Assembly (NCBI GenBank): GCA_017937705.1
Contig: JAGBDC010000029.1
Coordinates: 27-64,026, forward strand
Origin: Alphaproteobacteria bacterium
GTDB taxonomy: Bacteria; Pseudomonadota; Alphaproteobacteria; RF32; CAG-239
Direction of reading: 5' to 3'
DNA: 64,000 nt
The position numbers were made by a program, and so were the translations under genes. Below are positions 40,062 to 47,341 of the stretch, piece by piece; the stretch's first letter is position 1; every line of letters begins with the position of its first letter. The notes beneath the pieces are model-generated. The model had not been told where the DNA came from, made no database searches, and saw nothing but the letters and a program-made list of their open reading frames with translations.

Positions 40062-40089
40062 TGGCTGGAGTGAGCTTGCAATTCTCGAG
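40062..40089. repeat. att-like direct repeat 4 (pseudo tRNA 3' core plus tail)
   Basis: TGGCTGGAGTGAGCTTGCAATTCTCGAG, preceded by the hairpin AAGCCACC-tcaaaa-GGTGGCTT. The tail continues ATAAAATTTTGG as at 36002. Confidence 0.75.
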
Positions 40090-40117
40090 ATAAAATTTTG
40101 GTTTTTGAGCCTGCTAA

Positions 40118-40145
40118 CTTTGGGGTGCTAGGAATCCGAGGTTAA
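40118..40145. repeat. Conserved intergenic box 1, copy B
   Basis: CTTTGGGGTGCTAGGAATCCGAGGTTAA. Confidence 0.7.
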
Positions 40146-40230
40146 TTTAAAATCAGTTAAACACTTGCGTTTAAAGAAATGAATCCCTAAATAGATTATA
40201 TACTTTATGAACTTTTTGAAAGAATAAAAA

Positions 40231-41268
40231 ATGACACAAAATACCAGTGCAAAAACATCTGATGAAATCTATATAAAAACAAATAAAAACAATGGGTTAA
40301 CATTAAAATCCGCTGCTGTTGAAATCACCCCATCCCAACTATCATTATCTGGAATTACAGAAGTTGATGCATACAAAGAAATTGATGGAATTGAAATGGG
40401 GGTTCTTGATGATGGAACGGCCTTTCTTGGTCAAAGAGGTTTGGCCGCTTTCTGTGATTTAGAAAACAATGGAGCACTCTCTATACTATCTAAGGAATGG
40501 GAAGAAGAACGCGATACAACCACAAAAGAACGTTTAATATTTATCAGAAATTACTTGTATGATAAAGGATATAAGCAAAATTCATTATTTATTGAGTTAA
40601 AGAAGAATAATACAATTATATATGCTTATCCTGATATCGTTTGCATGGCAATTTTGGAATATTATGCTTTTGAAACTAAGGAACCGAAGGAAAGAGCCAA
40701 GAAAAACTTCAGACTTCTTGCAAGAAATAGCTTTAGAGAATTTATTTATCAGGCAGTTGGATACAATCCAGAGGAAAGAGAATTAAATCGTTGGAAATAC
40801 TTTTTAGATAGAATTGATGCCAATTATGACAATCCACCTTCTGGATATTTCAGCATATTTCAAGAAATGGTAAAATATACACATTTCCTTATAAAAAATA
40901 GATTTACTGTTAATGATAAAACAATTCCGGATTTAAGTGTAGGAAAATTTTGGGGAACGTATTGGACAGACAATAAATTAAATGCAAAATTTGGTGAAAG
41001 GGTTCCATATATGCATAATTACCCTAATTATTATCCGCAGTCATCTTCTAACCCTCAACATCCTTGGGCATATCCAAATGAATCTCTAGCAGAGTTTAGA
41101 AAATGGCTAGAAAATACTTATTTTGTCTCTAAATTTCCAAATTATCTAAAGGAAAAGGCTAAAAAAGAGCAGATTAGTGTTCAGACTAAAGAAAAGATTT
41201 TGATGGCACTAAATAATATGATTGATATAGAAAATAAAACAAAACTGTTGCCTTCTAAAGATAAGTAA
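40231..41268 (+). CDS. Hypothetical protein, 345 aa (N-terminal segment weakly reminiscent of phage P63C/antirepressor-type proteins)
   Basis: Clean ORF. GVLDDGTAFLGQRGLAAFCD resembles the P63C-type N-terminal motif from memory. No catalytic motif recognised. Confidence 0.65.
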   Translation: MTQNTSAKTSDEIYIKTNKNNGLTLKSAAVEITPSQLSLSGITEVDAYKEIDGIEMGVLDDGTAFLGQRGLAAFCDLENNGALSILSKEWEEERDTTTKERLIFIRNYLYDKGYKQNSLFIELKKNNTIIYAYPDIVCMAILEYYAFETKEPKERAKKNFRLLARNSFREFIYQAVGYNPEERELNRWKYFLDRIDANYDNPPSGYFSIFQEMVKYTHFLIKNRFTVNDKTIPDLSVGKFWGTYWTDNKLNAKFGERVPYMHNYPNYYPQSSSNPQHPWAYPNESLAEFRKWLENTYFVSKFPNYLKEKAKKEQISVQTKEKILMALNNMIDIENKTKLLPSKDK

Positions 41269-41276
41269 TTTTATTT

Positions 41277-41325
41277 TGCTCTATACATATGAATTTGGTT
41301 TTGATATAGGTTTTATTAGAAAAAA
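41277..41325. repeat. Conserved intergenic box 2, copy B
   Basis: TGCTCTATACATATGAATTTGGTTTTGATATAGGTTTTATTAGAAAAA. Confidence 0.65.
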
Positions 41326-41442
41326 TAGATTTGGCTATTATAGGGTAATTTTTGATAAGTTAATAATCTTATCAAATTTATTGTTTTTAAACCATTGATG
41401 TTTTATTCTGCCACTGGGTTTATTTTAAGAGAGTAGGTTGTC

Positions 41443-42369
41443 ATGGCACTTAATTTAAGTAAAACAGTTGTAGATATATTAAAACATAATCCTGATAAGT
41501 ATTTTACTGCAAGGCAATTAGCAGAATGGGTTTGGAATAATAAAAAAGATGAATGTTTAGCCAAGATGGAAAGAAGTAAAGCTACTGTTGTACCTATAGA
41601 TACAGAAGATGCTTTACTTAATCAACTAGTAGCTGAAATTGGTGCATATAAGAGGCGTATTTTGGCATTATCATCTAATGTGAAAATTACAGCAGAACGC
41701 CCGAGAAAGTATTATTATTCTGAAAAGACAGAGGCTCAAGAAATAAAAGATGCAGAGAAAAGCTCGAGAACAAACGGACAACCAGAACACGATTCTTATC
41801 CTCGTTTATGTGAATACCTATACAATGAACTAAATATATATCCTAAAAGAATTGATGAGAGAAAATCCTCAAATTCAAAAGGAAGTAACGGTAATAAATG
41901 GTTGCACCCTGATATTGTAGGCTTAAAAAATCTTTCAGATGGTTGGGATAATGATGTTATTTCTTGCGCAGGTAAACATGCTTTTAACAAGACTTCACTG
42001 TGGTCATTTGAAGTGAAAATAAAAATTAATTTATCAAATGTTAGAGAATATTTTTTCCAAACTGTTTCAAATTCTAGTTGGGCGAATTTTTCCTATCTTG
42101 TGGCTCAAACAATTGATGAAAAAGCGATGGATGAGCTACGTATATTATGTGGTGGTCATAATATAGGTTTAATCCAGCTAAATTGTGAAAATCCAACAGA
42201 AAGTCAAATATTAATTCCTGCAATAGAGAAAAAAGAACTTGATTGGGATATGATTGACCGTATTACTAAAGAAAATCCTGATTTTAAGGATTTTGTAAAT
42301 TTAATTACAGAATTTTATCAAACAGGAAAAATCAAACCGAGAGATTGGGATATTCCAGAAGAAAGATAA
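41443..42369 (+). CDS. Hypothetical wHTH (HARE-HTH/Mrr_N-like) protein with a PD-(D/E)xK-like C-terminal domain
   Basis: The N-terminus VVDILKHNPDKYFTARQLAEWVW looks like a winged helix. The C-terminus KWLHPDIVG...SLWSFEVKIK...FFQTVSNSSWANFSYLV gives a D...E-x-K...Q pattern. Confidence 0.65.
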   Translation: MALNLSKTVVDILKHNPDKYFTARQLAEWVWNNKKDECLAKMERSKATVVPIDTEDALLNQLVAEIGAYKRRILALSSNVKITAERPRKYYYSEKTEAQEIKDAEKSSRTNGQPEHDSYPRLCEYLYNELNIYPKRIDERKSSNSKGSNGNKWLHPDIVGLKNLSDGWDNDVISCAGKHAFNKTSLWSFEVKIKINLSNVREYFFQTVSNSSWANFSYLVAQTIDEKAMDELRILCGGHNIGLIQLNCENPTESQILIPAIEKKELDWDMIDRITKENPDFKDFVNLITEFYQTGKIKPRDWDIPEER

Positions 42370-42446
42370 TTTTATTAAATTTTCTCCTATGTTATGGATA
42401 TCGAAAATTCCTAATACCTTGATTTTTTTATCTTCTCTATAAAATT

Positions 42447-42496
42447 AGTTCGAAGATTATCCGGTGTAAGGCATATTTCATACCGAACATTCGAAC
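42447..42496. repeat. tRNA-proximal flank, reference copy (GTTCGAA...TTCGAAC inverted repeat)
   Basis: AGTTCGAAGATTATCCGGTGTAAGGCATATTTCATACCGAACATTCGAAC. Partly repeated at 39953-40003 and 35905-35920. Confidence 0.6.
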
Positions 42497-42500
42497 CAAA

Positions 42501-42561
42501 TTAAGTGCTTGATATAAAAAGAAAAAATCGCCATTTCTGACGATTTTTGAACTGTGGCTGG
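42501..42561. repeat. att-like direct repeat 5 (authentic: terminator plus 3' end of the intact tRNA-Gln)
   Basis: TTAAGTGCTTGATATAAAAAGAAAAAATCGCCATTTCTGACGATTTTTGAACTGTGGCTGG. The hairpin and T-run read on the minus strand directly after the tRNA. Confidence 0.85.
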
Positions 42562-42629
42562 GGTGGCTGGATTCGAACCAACGAATGACGATACCAAAAA
42601 CCGTTGCCTTACCACTTGGCGACACCCCA
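42555..42629 (-). tRNA. tRNA-Gln (anticodon UUG), CCA encoded
   Basis: The reverse complement TGGGGTGTCGCCAAGTGGTAAGGCAACGGTTTTTGGTATCGTCATTCGTTGGTTCGAATCCAGCCACCCCAGCCA folds as a cloverleaf. Acceptor is TGGGGTG/CACCCCA, the anticodon stem is ACGGT/ATCGT with loop TTTTGGT, and the T-arm is GTTGG-TTCGAAT-CCAGC. Confidence 0.9.
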
Positions 42630-42767
42630 TTAGTTTGTGTGCAGACATATATTTAGAATAAAAAAATAATAAATGCAAGCTTTTTTTTATAATATTTTGT
42701 TTTTCTCTTGTTTGAGACATTTTTGAGACTACATCTATAGTATAAAAATTTCCTGATAGGAGGCAAA

Positions 42768-43610
42768 ATGAAGTTATATCAACTGGTTGCATTAATGTCG
42801 ATTTATCCTGTTATGGTACAAGCTTATGACACTTCGGGGCTGTATATAAATTTCAAACGTGTCGGTTTTGACCTCGGGACGGCCAAAGTTAGCAATTATC
42901 GAGAATATGAAGGTTCGCCGAATACCGAAATTAACCAAAACACGCAGGGCGTTTTGAAGGGCGTTTTTGATTTTGCTTTTGAGTATGAGCAACCTAAATA
43001 TCGTTGGGATAATAGTGTTTATGCCGAATATGGAAAGAGCAAAATTCATGGCAATCCCGGACGTAAATCACATACGGAAAATGCGGATAAATTGTTGTTG
43101 GCTACGGATTACACTTATAAAATTTGGCATTTTAACAACAATTCGGACATGGGACCCTATGCCAATTTAGCGTATCAAACCGAATTTACGAGCGATTCCG
43201 GAGCAAAAAGACAAAAAATTGCACGTTCTTTTCAAGGTATAAAACTTATTAACGGCACTAAAAATATTACTGATTTTCATTTAGCGATGGTAGAAGAGGT
43301 TGATTTTACATATAAAGATTCTAATACAAAAACCGCGTGGGAAATAGGATTTACATATAAATATCCGTTTAATGATACATATCGTTTTGAATTTGAAACA
43401 TATTATCGTGATTATTTATCATATTCCAGAGATAATAATTCTGATTTTCGCTATGAAGTTTTTGCAACAGCAAAGCTCAATATCAAAACCGGAAAAGATT
43501 TTTTCGTAGAACCATATATGTCATATTTTAGGGCCAAAGATCGAGAAAACAAAAAGGCCGGTTCTAATGTCGTTTTCGGTATTGCAGTTGCATACAGCGA
43601 AATATTTTAA
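42768..43610 (+). CDS. Outer-membrane beta-barrel protein (family uncertain)
   Basis: Signal peptide (ALMSIYPVMVQA), alternating aromatic beta-strand pattern, and C-terminal ...AYSEIF. Confidence 0.7.
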   Translation: MKLYQLVALMSIYPVMVQAYDTSGLYINFKRVGFDLGTAKVSNYREYEGSPNTEINQNTQGVLKGVFDFAFEYEQPKYRWDNSVYAEYGKSKIHGNPGRKSHTENADKLLLATDYTYKIWHFNNNSDMGPYANLAYQTEFTSDSGAKRQKIARSFQGIKLINGTKNITDFHLAMVEEVDFTYKDSNTKTAWEIGFTYKYPFNDTYRFEFETYYRDYLSYSRDNNSDFRYEVFATAKLNIKTGKDFFVEPYMSYFRAKDRENKKAGSNVVFGIAVAYSEIF

Positions 43611-43667
43611 TTGGACAATTTCATAATTTAGAACTATCCTTACATTGTTACAGATAAGGAGAGAGCA

Positions 43668-44432
43668 ATGAAAGTTACTGTTTTAGGTTCGGGTTCGGCT
43701 TATGGTTGTCCTATGGTATTTAATAAATGGCGAAATGCAAATCCGTCTAATCCTAAAAATATTCGCAGTCGTGCATCTGTTCTTATTGAAACGCAGGGCA
43801 AATATTTTTTGATAGACGCCGGTCCGGAGTTTAGGCAACAAATCAATGATAATAATATACCGGATATAAATGCTGTTTTTATAACTCACGGACACTACGA
43901 CCATATTGCCGGTATTCCCGAATTGCCGAGAGCATCGAAAAACATAGGACACCCGATAGAAATATGGGCAAGCCAAGAAACAATGAACGAATTGAAATCA
44001 ACATTTTATTATTTATTTAATGGAGAAGAACCAGAAGGTGTCGGATTGCAGTGGAAAATATTGCCTAATGACGGAGTTTTTGAAAGTTGCGGAGTTAGAT
44101 TTGAAACATTTCAAGTTCCTCACCATAGTTTAAGATGTTCCGCTTTTCGTTGTGAAGATTTTGTGTATGTTGCTGATTGGCAAGATTTGCCCGAACAGGC
44201 TTTGGGGCATTTGCAAGATTTAGACGTTTTATTAATTGAGTGTAATAATGGTCTTTATCCCGAAGTGAACGGACATGGCGATTTAGAAAAAATCAAACAT
44301 TTTACTTCAATTATAAAACCTCAAAAAACTATTTTAACTCATTTGTCAGCTCGTGTCGATTTCGAAGAAACAAAACAGGAGCTTCCCACATCATTTGAAT
44401 TAGCATTCGACGGCATGATAGTAAATGTTTAG
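43668..44432 (+). CDS. MBL-fold metallo-hydrolase (PhnP/RNase Z-like)
   Basis: ITHGHYDH (the HxHxDH motif). 254 aa. Confidence 0.8.
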   Translation: MKVTVLGSGSAYGCPMVFNKWRNANPSNPKNIRSRASVLIETQGKYFLIDAGPEFRQQINDNNIPDINAVFITHGHYDHIAGIPELPRASKNIGHPIEIWASQETMNELKSTFYYLFNGEEPEGVGLQWKILPNDGVFESCGVRFETFQVPHHSLRCSAFRCEDFVYVADWQDLPEQALGHLQDLDVLLIECNNGLYPEVNGHGDLEKIKHFTSIIKPQKTILTHLSARVDFEETKQELPTSFELAFDGMIVNV

Positions 44433-44450
44433 TTCGTTATGTCAATTCAA

Positions 44451-44813
44451 CTAAAAAAATATTCCGCCAAATTTTACAGCTAAAAACTCTAATATAATCG
44501 GGGATATAATCCACCAATAAGCCCATTTAGATTTTTTATATAAACACCAAAAAGTTACAAATAAGGATATTAGATAAATTGTTATACATATATGACATAA
44601 AAAAATAAAAGTTTCTTTTGAGTGAAGATACCATTCCGGAGCATCAGGTTCTATAATTTTAACATAATTTCCGAGCTTTATTTGTTCTATAACATTAAAT
44701 TCATATTTAATAAAATAAAAATATAGAGCAATAAATGAGGTAAAAAATACATATTTTATTATGACTGTCTTTTTGTTCCAAAGAAACATAAAAATCTTTT
44801 TTACGTTGTTCAT
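44451..44813 (-). CDS. Small 3-TM membrane protein, paralog 1 (candidate immunity)
   Basis: Start taken at MNNVKKIFMFLWNKKT, preceded by GGAGG. Near-identical central region to the next gene. Confidence 0.6.
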   Translation of the reverse strand: MNNVKKIFMFLWNKKTVIIKYVFFTSFIALYFYFIKYEFNVIEQIKLGNYVKIIEPDAPEWYLHSKETFIFLCHICITIYLISLFVTFWCLYKKSKWAYWWIISPIILEFLAVKFGGIFF

Positions 44814-45223
44814 ATAAAATCCTCCAACGTGTTTAGATGATATATTTAAAACAAATTTAGGAATATATTTCCAAATTTTACGACTAAATATTTTATTAAG
44901 AATGGAGATATAATCCACCAATAAGCCCATTTAGATTTTTTGTACAAACACCAAAAAGTTACAAATAAGGATATTAGATAAATTGTTATACATATATGAC
45001 ATAAAAAAATAAAAGTTTCTTTTGAGTGAAGGTACCATTCTGGAGCGTCAGGTTCTATAATTTTAACATAATTTCCGAGTTTTGTTTGTTCTATAACATT
45101 AAAATTGTGTCTGATTAAAGCCATAAATAGAGCGATGAATAGAGCAAAAAATACATATTTTATTATGGTAGTCTTTTTGTTCCAAAGAAACATAAAAATC
45201 TTTTTTACGTTGTTCATATAAAA
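44503..45223. repeat. Tandem duplication, period about 403 bp (units 44503-44819 and 44906-45223)
   Basis: Long stretches are identical between the two units, e.g. GATATAATCCACCAATAAGCCCATTTAGATTTTTT and AAAAAGTTACAAATAAGGATATTAGATAAATTGTTATACATATATGACATAAAAAAATAAAAGTTTCTTTTGAGTGAAG. Confidence 0.85.
44846..45217 (-). CDS. Small 3-TM membrane protein, paralog 2 (candidate immunity)
   Basis: Same MNNVKKIFMFLWNKKT start, preceded by AGAGG. Immediately downstream of the Tlde1-like gene. Confidence 0.6.
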   Translation of the reverse strand: MNNVKKIFMFLWNKKTTIIKYVFFALFIALFMALIRHNFNVIEQTKLGNYVKIIEPDAPEWYLHSKETFIFLCHICITIYLISLFVTFWCLYKKSKWAYWWIISPFLIKYLVVKFGNIFLNLF

Positions 45224-45312
45224 CCTCTGGTTGTTTTTTCTGTTGTTATAATTACATAAAATAGAATATAAAAAAGAACTTGGCAAGAAAAATTTGCCAA
45301 GTTCTTATTTTT

Positions 45313-46017
45313 TTACCAACCTTTAGGATATTTTACTTTCAATGGTAAATCAGTATTATAATTTTTGAAATCATTATAAAAACTATCGTTGCCGGAAGTT
45401 AAATCAATGCAACCGCCAGAACCTAAAGTTGTTCCTCCATGAACATACATACTGTCACGACCATAAGTATTTGTGTTAGGCAAAGGTTGAATCGGAACTC
45501 TACTTTTTCCCCAACTGTTAGGTTTTTCAAACCAATAGTTGTCAGTTTTTATTGGAGCATTCAATCTTTGTATTAAAGGAATATTATCATAATCCTGTCC
45601 GCTGTCTTTCTTTAAAACATAATCGCCTTCCGGTATTGGTCCTGCATCTTTCACATTTGTATGTTGTGATCCTTGTAATTTAGGGTGTCCTGACATAGCT
45701 TTCCAATATTTAACCGGCTTTCCGTTTTGTTGCCAACTTAGATTTTGACCATCAAATAACAGTTCTCCCGGTTGTGAATAATCCGGTTTGGTAGAAGTAA
45801 CATTTTTCTGTTGGTTTATTCTATTATGAGCATTAAAACGATCATAGTAACTATATTTATTAGAAGCCGGATTTAAGCTTTGTTGTCTCTCCTTTTCTCT
45901 GGCTCGCATCATGTTATATTCAATTTCATCTCGAAGAGAGAATTTTGAATGATCAATTCCAAATTCATCAATTTGAGAATTTTCTTTTAATTTGTATAAT
46001 GTCATTTTTTTCTCCAT
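45313..46017 (-). CDS. Tlde1/DUF2778-like L,D-transpeptidase-fold toxin (tentative)
   Basis: WKAMSGHP, GPIPEGDYVL and MYVHGGTTLGSGGCIDL match the Tlde1 pattern (A.SG, GPIP.G.Y, H...GS.GCI). Confidence 0.65.
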   Translation of the reverse strand: MEKKMTLYKLKENSQIDEFGIDHSKFSLRDEIEYNMMRAREKERQQSLNPASNKYSYYDRFNAHNRINQQKNVTSTKPDYSQPGELLFDGQNLSWQQNGKPVKYWKAMSGHPKLQGSQHTNVKDAGPIPEGDYVLKKDSGQDYDNIPLIQRLNAPIKTDNYWFEKPNSWGKSRVPIQPLPNTNTYGRDSMYVHGGTTLGSGGCIDLTSGNDSFYNDFKNYNTDLPLKVKYPKGW

Positions 46018-46047
46018 AAAAAAAAGACTGCATTCGAAAATGCAGTC
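46018..46047 (-). terminator. Rho-independent terminator after the RTX-like fragment
   Basis: The minus strand reads GACTGCAT-tttcga-ATGCAGTC followed by tttttttt. Confidence 0.6.
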
Positions 46048-46307
46048 ATAAATTGATGTAAAAAAAAGAACTAATAACGTTCTTCATAAAATAAATAGGG
46101 AATTGATGCACCAATTCCCTATTATAGATTTTTCTAGCATATTTTTTGTCGGATGTAAATACATTTTATGTAACTCTGTGGATAATGTTTCTCAAATATA
46201 AAAAATCTTGAAGACTGTAATAACAATTTGGGGAATAAATTTTTATATTTTAATCAGACGAGGACGAGATATTATTGAAACATCATATAGTTATTTGGTG
46301 GTAATGA

Positions 46308-47276
46308 TTAGGAAGTAACATCTTGTTCGTTATATGATAAATTGATAGCATTAATATTAGCATTTTCTAATGTAATTAATTCTCCTTCATTAACAGTCGC
46401 ATCGGAATTGCTGTCTTTCCAAACTTTTACCTCATTCCAAGCTGTATCTGAACTATTGAAAACACCATCTTTATTGCTGTCTAAATCAGCTAATGCATCA
46501 AAACCGTTTTGAGCATTTTGACCTGATGATAAAATCGTATTGTTTCCGAATAATTCTGTTCCGTTGTCTATTGAACCATTATTATTAGTATCTCGTACCA
46601 ATAAACCATCGTCAGCGCCAGCCCAACCGGTGTTTTCGGCAAAACCGTTATTGTCGTGATCAAAATATATTCCGTTGTTTGTACCGATGGTTTCAACTCC
46701 GTCGCCATCTATGTCCAACACCAATGGTGAACGTGTGCTTTGAGCTACGTCAAATAAGTTTTGAGTTCGTCCTTCTAATTCGGCAGTCATTCTATCAACT
46801 ATATCGTAATATTTTTTTTGCTGTTCATCTACTCGTTTTGCCATATCCCACCAATCAAATATATCACTTATTTCAAGTACGGCCTTTGTAATCGGAGAGT
46901 TTACAATGGTTGTTAATGTAGAACTAATAATAGCGGTTATACGCATTATCTTACTTTTTATATTTCTAGTGTTTTCATCTGGAAATATTATTTCTTTCCA
47001 ATAATCCTTTATATAAAAAAATACATTACTAGCATATATATCTCCTGATAATACTGTCCTAATTATTTTTTCAAATTCAAGTATTGTATTCAAATTTTGG
47101 TTATTAGAAAAATTTTGAATAAATGTGGTCAGGGATGTATATTCCGATGTTCTATCAAATTCTAATAAACCACTAACAAATTCATCAGATATTATTTCAT
47201 TTATGAAAGTATCTGTTAAGCCGCTATTTTGTAATGTGGTTATTAAATTTGTTTTTAAAGTATTAAAATTATTCAT
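46308..47276 (-). CDS. RTX-toxin-type N-terminal calcium-binding module, apparently truncated
   Basis: PLVLDIDGDGVETIG...FDHDNNGFAENTGWAGADDGLLVRDTNNNGSIDNGTELFGNNT...DLDSNKDGVF is typical of the N-terminal region of large RTX/polymorphic toxins. The ORF stops and is followed by ~260 nt full of stops. Confidence 0.6.
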   Translation of the reverse strand: MNNFNTLKTNLITTLQNSGLTDTFINEIISDEFVSGLLEFDRTSEYTSLTTFIQNFSNNQNLNTILEFEKIIRTVLSGDIYASNVFFYIKDYWKEIIFPDENTRNIKSKIMRITAIISSTLTTIVNSPITKAVLEISDIFDWWDMAKRVDEQQKKYYDIVDRMTAELEGRTQNLFDVAQSTRSPLVLDIDGDGVETIGTNNGIYFDHDNNGFAENTGWAGADDGLLVRDTNNNGSIDNGTELFGNNTILSSGQNAQNGFDALADLDSNKDGVFNSSDTAWNEVKVWKDSNSDATVNEGELITLENANINAINLSYNEQDVTS

Positions 47277-47341
47277 TTCTGTGTTTCCTTTCGTATAAAA
47301 AATATAATTTTTTACAAATCCAGTTTACAAAGAACGAATAT

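Noticed and set aside
33542-40089. The four TGGCTGGAG...CTCGAG segments might be additional tRNA or tRNA-like genes.
   Set aside because: Only the last ~7-11 nt match the tRNA-Gln acceptor end. I could not form a T-arm, anticodon arm or D-arm upstream of them, so they are better read as att-site remnants.
41351-41376. The inverted repeat TTTGATAAG-ttaataat-CTTATCAAA upstream of the wHTH gene, as a specific operator.
   Set aside because: It could equally be a weak terminator for the preceding gene. It is AT-rich and short, so it is mentioned only here.
42447-42520. GGTTCGAATG (minus strand) downstream of tRNA-Gln looked like the T-loop of a second, tandem tRNA.
   Set aside because: The flanking bases do not pair into a T-stem or acceptor stem, and no cloverleaf can be drawn. 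I treat it as part of the repeated att flank.
42437-42792. ORFs 42437-42625 and 42478-42792 on the minus strand.
   Set aside because: They run through the tRNA-Gln gene, its terminator and its promoter. They are spurious.
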